From: an uncultured Candidatus Rokubacteria bacterium
Lineage (GTDB): Bacteria; Methylomirabilota; Methylomirabilia; Rokubacteriales; CSP1-6
Direction: 5' to 3'
NCBI GenBank assembly: GCA_963754315.1
Contig: CAVWFS010000007.1
Span: 544,001-608,000 of the forward strand
Length of the DNA: 64,000 bases
Shown piece after piece: positions 60,230-64,000 of the stretch (the first letter of the stretch is position 1; each line of letters opens with the position of its first letter). Position numbers and translations under genes: made by a program. The notes under the pieces were generated by a model. That model saw nothing but the letters and a program-made list of their open reading frames with translations, was not told where the DNA came from and did not search any database.

Positions 60230-61237
60230 CTATTGATCGCTCAGATCGGATGCTTCGCAGAACGAGGGAAACCCGGAGTCTTCCCAAAGCCCGAGGTAGG
60301 GAACGTCTTCCTTGCGACGTTGCGCGCGAATCTCGTGGTCGAGGATGCCGAAGACGAGAATGTCGCAGGGCATGCCCTGGTGGATGGCTGCCTGGCGCAG
60401 CACCCCCTCCTGCTTGAACCCGTTGCGAAGGAGAGCATTGAGACTCAGGCGGTTGTAATCATATGCCTTGGCCTCGATGCGACGAATGCCCATCAGGTCC
60501 TGGGCGTAGAAGGACAGCCACCGTGACGCGGTGACGCCCCAGCCTCGCCGCAGGGCCTGTCGGCTCACAATGGCGGTCTCGAGAAAGCCGAAACCCTGAG
60601 TCAGGTGGATGCCGTACAGACGCACGAACCCGAGGGCCACATCCGGACTACTCGAGGATTGCACGATGAGGGTCAGAGATGTCGAATCGTGCAAGACACG
60701 CGCGGCGAACTCCGGATGGTAAGGACCGAGGTGACGGCACCGATACAGCAGATGGCTGCCAACCATGGCCTTGAGAAAGGGATCGTGGGCCCACTCCTCG
60801 AAGAGCGACAGATCGTCCCAGCGGGGGCACCGCAGAACCATGTCGCCCGTCTGGACGATCGTTGTCGCTTCCGTGAACTGCTCCTGTCGGATGACCTCTA
60901 CGGGAGGGAGTTCCGATCGGGATTGCCCGACAAAGGGAAGGTGCTCGGCAATGGACGCCTCCAGGGCACCCTGGTGAACGGCGTTGCTGGGGAGCATCGC
61001 GAGCCGGATGCCGTGCTGGGCGGCGTATCGTGTTGCCTGAAACAGCGCCGCCAACCCCACCACGTCGATGAGCTTGGTATGCTCGAGGTCGACGAGGACC
61101 CTTCCCGGGCCCCTCTCGAAGTGCCGGCGGAGGGCCGGGACAAGAGAGCTGACCGTCCTGACGGTTAGCTCCTCCCCTGCATGGACAACGGCGAGGCACG
61201 TCTCGGCGGCCCCATCGGCGTCGTCACGCGGCCGCAT
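60230..61237 (-). CDS. STAS domain - GNAT (RimJ/RimL-type) acetyltransferase fusion
   Basis: N-terminal ELTVRTV..VLVDLEHTKLIDVVGLAAL. C-terminal RRGWG, RIEAKAYDYNRLS..GFKQEGVLRQ..ILVFGIL. Confidence 0.8.
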   Translation of the reverse strand: MRPRDDADGAAETCLAVVHAGEELTVRTVSSLVPALRRHFERGPGRVLVDLEHTKLIDVVGLAALFQATRYAAQHGIRLAMLPSNAVHQGALEASIAEHLPFVGQSRSELPPVEVIRQEQFTEATTIVQTGDMVLRCPRWDDLSLFEEWAHDPFLKAMVGSHLLYRCRHLGPYHPEFAARVLHDSTSLTLIVQSSSSPDVALGFVRLYGIHLTQGFGFLETAIVSRQALRRGWGVTASRWLSFYAQDLMGIRRIEAKAYDYNRLSLNALLRNGFKQEGVLRQAAIHQGMPCDILVFGILDHEIRAQRRKEDVPYLGLWEDSGFPSFCEASDLSDQ

Positions 61238-61950
61238 CAGACCGCCCTTGCCCAGGCGAGCAGGCTGATCTGGCCAAGGAAGGTCCGCGCCGACTGGAGC
61301 ACCTTGAAGCCCGCCTCCTCCAGGAGAGCGTGAAACTCCGCGGGACGCAGATAGCGGCGCTGGCCGCTTCGCATGGCCTCGAACGCGGCCGTGGGAATCA
61401 GCCAGCGTAGAGCCTGTATGGCGTCGGCGAGCCCGCTACGCGCCCTGACGTCGCGAAACGTGCTGAGGACCCGTGGAGGCCGTGTATAGGTGAGGAACAG
61501 GCCATGACCGTTCTCGATCACAGCCCGGCGGCAGCCGGTCAGGAAGCCGACTGGGTCGGGATGCCAGTAGAGAGTGTTCAGACTCACCACGACATTGTAG
61601 CAATCCCCACCAGGCATCGTTTCACGACTAAGATCCAAGTGCCGGTACGTCAGCCGACCATCCACGCGTGTAGCCCGCGCGATCTGGACGAGGCGCGCCA
61701 CGCTATCGATCCCCGTCACCTCGTACCCCTCGCGGGCCAGACGCCGGGCCAGGGTCCCCGTTCCACACGCCACGTCGAGCACGCGTGTGGAAGCGGACGG
61801 GAGACCGTCCGGGACAGCCCGCCCGACGCACGCCACGACCTCATCGAGCAGCGCATCGTAGGGGCGGAACCCACGGACGACCGCGTCATAGGCCAGCCCA
61901 TAACCGAAGGCGGCCATCTGATCCATGACCGCGTGGGCATTCGGGACCAT
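61237..61950 (-). CDS. Class I SAM-dependent methyltransferase
   Basis: RVLDVACGTG motif I, VTGID and VVSLNTLY. Stop overlaps the next ATG (TGATG). Confidence 0.88.
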   Translation of the reverse strand: MVPNAHAVMDQMAAFGYGLAYDAVVRGFRPYDALLDEVVACVGRAVPDGLPSASTRVLDVACGTGTLARRLAREGYEVTGIDSVARLVQIARATRVDGRLTYRHLDLSRETMPGGDCYNVVVSLNTLYWHPDPVGFLTGCRRAVIENGHGLFLTYTRPPRVLSTFRDVRARSGLADAIQALRWLIPTAAFEAMRSGQRRYLRPAEFHALLEEAGFKVLQSARTFLGQISLLAWARAV

Positions 61951-61953
61951 CGC

Positions 61954-64000
61954 TCAATTTTTCTCGAGGGCAGGCTTACCGACGACGCCCTCGTCCTCGG
62001 GAACGGTCGACACTGTCTCGCGCCGCTCGGGTAGCTTCACGCGCATGGTCGTGCCCTGGCCCGGATGGCTTTCGACCTCGATGTTGCCACCGTGCTTGGA
62101 GATGATGCTGAGGCTGACCGAGAGTCCGAGACCCGTGCCCTTGCCCTCCCCTTTCGTGGTGAAGAACGGTTCGAAGATGCGCGCGATCTGCGTCTGGTCC
62201 ATGCCCGTACCGGTATCGGCGACCCGGATCGATACGGCGCCATCGGCGTACAGGGTCGACGTCTGCACGGTGAGAGTCCCGCCCCCGGGCATGGCATCCA
62301 CAGCATTGGCAAACAGGTTGATGAACACCTGGGTGAGTTGATCGGGATCGCCCATCACGGGCGGCAGGTGTTCCTCCAGCATCAGTCGAGTCTCGACCGC
62401 CCCGCTCGCCAGCCGCGCCTGCACGATGTCGAGCGAGCGCCGCACCAGATCGTTCACGTTCACGGATTCGTGCTGGGGCTCACGGCGCCGAGAGAAATCG
62501 AGCAGGTCGCGCACGATTTTTCCTGCCCGGTTGGCCGCGTTGATGATGTTCGTGATCTTCGCGTACGCCGCAGAATCTGCGGGTGTCTTGCGGAGGAGGA
62601 CCGCGCTGCTCCCCAGAACGACCGTGAGCGGGTTGTTGATCTCGTGGGCGACGCTCGCCGCCAGCTCCCCGATGGCCGCCAGCTTGGCGGATTGCAGCAG
62701 TTGCTGTTGCGTGGTCTGCAGTTCGAGCATCCGATCCTTCAGATCCTGGTAGAGCCTGGCGTTCTTGAGCGCAATGGCTGTCTGCCCCATCAGCATCTCG
62801 AGGATCTCGATCTCCTCGGGGTTGAAGATCTCCCCCGAGAGTTTCTCTCCGAGGACGAGCACCGCCGCCAGTTCTCCGTCGAGAAACGTCGGGACGAGGA
62901 GGGCCACCCCCTGCGCCTCCAGCGTCTTGTTGAGCGCGTGCGCGCGAGTGTCGCCGGCAGCCAAGGCAATCTCTCCCACCACCATCGTCTGGGCCGAGCG
63001 CCGAAGCCAGAGCGTCACGGCGGCATCCAGGTGGTCGCCCAATGGGGTTGCCTCGCTCGCGGGCGACACCGCCTGCGCCGAGCGCTCCAACAGCCCCGTC
63101 TTGGGGCTATGCACATACAGGGCGGCGCGCATGACCGGAATCCGGGCCACCAGCTCGGTGGCCAGGGTCCGCCCGAGAGCGCCCACGTCCAGGAATGACG
63201 CCATGTCCTTGCTGAGGGCCAACAAAGCTTCCCGGACGCTGTGCTGTCGCGCGAACATGACTCGCTCCAGGCCGCGCTCCATCAAGCGGAAGAGGGGTAG
63301 GGCGAGACTGAACCCGATCAGCAAGGTGAGTCCGGCGAGGATGCTATCGTCGAAGCCCTCCGCCGGGACGGCACGGCGAACAATCCAGTCGCCGAGAATG
63401 AGCAGGGGCAGCACGGCGAGCGACGTCGACAAGTAGAGGAGCGAGCGCTTGGCCAGGGCACTCATATCGAGGAGTCGATAACGAACGATCGCGAGTCCGA
63501 GCGCGAGGGCCAGCAAGGAATTGGTCGGGATGCCAACGGGGTACAGGCGCTCCAGTCCCAGGATGAAACGGAGGAAGTCGATGGCCCCGCCGAAGAGACT
63601 CAGCGTCACGCCGACCATCACCAGCAGGATGCGCGATCGCCAGTAGCTCGACGTCTGGGCGCGCCGCGCGCGAACTAGCCGGACGAGACCGAGAACCATG
63701 AAGGTCTGGAAATAGACGAAGAACGCCGCGTAGAGGGGGCCCGAGAGGGGCGCCCATCCCCAGTACGTCTGCTGCACACCCCGCATGAACAGTGGTGTGG
63801 GGCTCACCGCCAGGAAGAACGCACAGAGGGCGTAGCCGACGAACAGCGAGCGCCGTCGCGTCGGGAGGTCGAGAAAGATCACGACGTAACGGTAGAAGAG
63901 GATGGGAATCGGGATGACCCCGACGTGAAGAATCACTTCCCACAGGAAGGCTTGGGCGGGGTCGCCGCTCCCGCGGAGGCCGAATGACCCGAGGTTCCAC
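61954..64000 (-). CDS. Multi-TM (7TM-type) + GAF sensor histidine kinase, 5' truncated by window
   Basis: Frame is open to the window end (WNLGSFGL...). TM block ends AIVRYRLLD, followed by GAF (LGEKLSGEIF), AHEINNP, NAVDA, DTGTG and KGTGLGL. Confidence 0.92.
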   Translation of the reverse strand, partial: WNLGSFGLRGSGDPAQAFLWEVILHVGVIPIPILFYRYVVIFLDLPTRRRSLFVGYALCAFFLAVSPTPLFMRGVQQTYWGWAPLSGPLYAAFFVYFQTFMVLGLVRLVRARRAQTSSYWRSRILLVMVGVTLSLFGGAIDFLRFILGLERLYPVGIPTNSLLALALGLAIVRYRLLDMSALAKRSLLYLSTSLAVLPLLILGDWIVRRAVPAEGFDDSILAGLTLLIGFSLALPLFRLMERGLERVMFARQHSVREALLALSKDMASFLDVGALGRTLATELVARIPVMRAALYVHSPKTGLLERSAQAVSPASEATPLGDHLDAAVTLWLRRSAQTMVVGEIALAAGDTRAHALNKTLEAQGVALLVPTFLDGELAAVLVLGEKLSGEIFNPEEIEILEMLMGQTAIALKNARLYQDLKDRMLELQTTQQQLLQSAKLAAIGELAASVAHEINNPLTVVLGSSAVLLRKTPADSAAYAKITNIINAANRAGKIVRDLLDFSRRREPQHESVNVNDLVRRSLDIVQARLASGAVETRLMLEEHLPPVMGDPDQLTQVFINLFANAVDAMPGGGTLTVQTSTLYADGAVSIRVADTGTGMDQTQIARIFEPFFTTKGEGKGTGLGLSVSLSIISKHGGNIEVESHPGQGTTMRVKLPERRETVSTVPEDEGVVGKPALEKN

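Overview
GC-rich bacterial chromosomal segment. Gene content and style suggest a Candidatus Rokubacteria/Methylomirabilota-like soil organism, but this is an impression and was not tested. It is mostly housekeeping and catabolic genes: acyl-CoA ligase, MmgE/PrpD, CoA-transferase, fumC, IlvD/Edd dehydratase, purEK, F420-type LLM/PPOX oxidoreductases, a CoxLMS-like molybdoenzyme, a threonine-synthase-like enzyme, a YtcA-MdtNO/TolC efflux system, pgl-rpiA-tkt, crcB, tRNA-Gly(CCC), an ABC solute-binding protein, a tRNA nucleotidyltransferase, lexA with an ATP-dependent DNA ligase, glgA and a sigma54 two-component pair. There are two patches of gene debris (39.6-42 kb next to the tRNA, and 56.5-60.2 kb). 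Most notable observations: (1) a ~110-120 bp GC-rich palindromic repeat family with GNRA-loop hairpins, present three times, with one copy inserted in-frame inside a protein; (2) a tightly coupled 7TM-GAF histidine kinase / SAM methyltransferase / STAS-GNAT fusion operon; (3) a candidate lineage-specific LexA operator inside a canonical sigma70 promoter, heading a lexA-small TM protein-ligase-KaiC/RecA-like run; (4) a TatA/B protein fused to an Ada-like Zn domain; (5) a loop-deleted, probably CC-adding, tRNA nucleotidyltransferase. Several single-base frameshifts, mostly in short base runs, look like sequencing errors. No CRISPR array, rRNA or intact transposase was seen. All family assignments come from motif recognition by eye; no searches were run.
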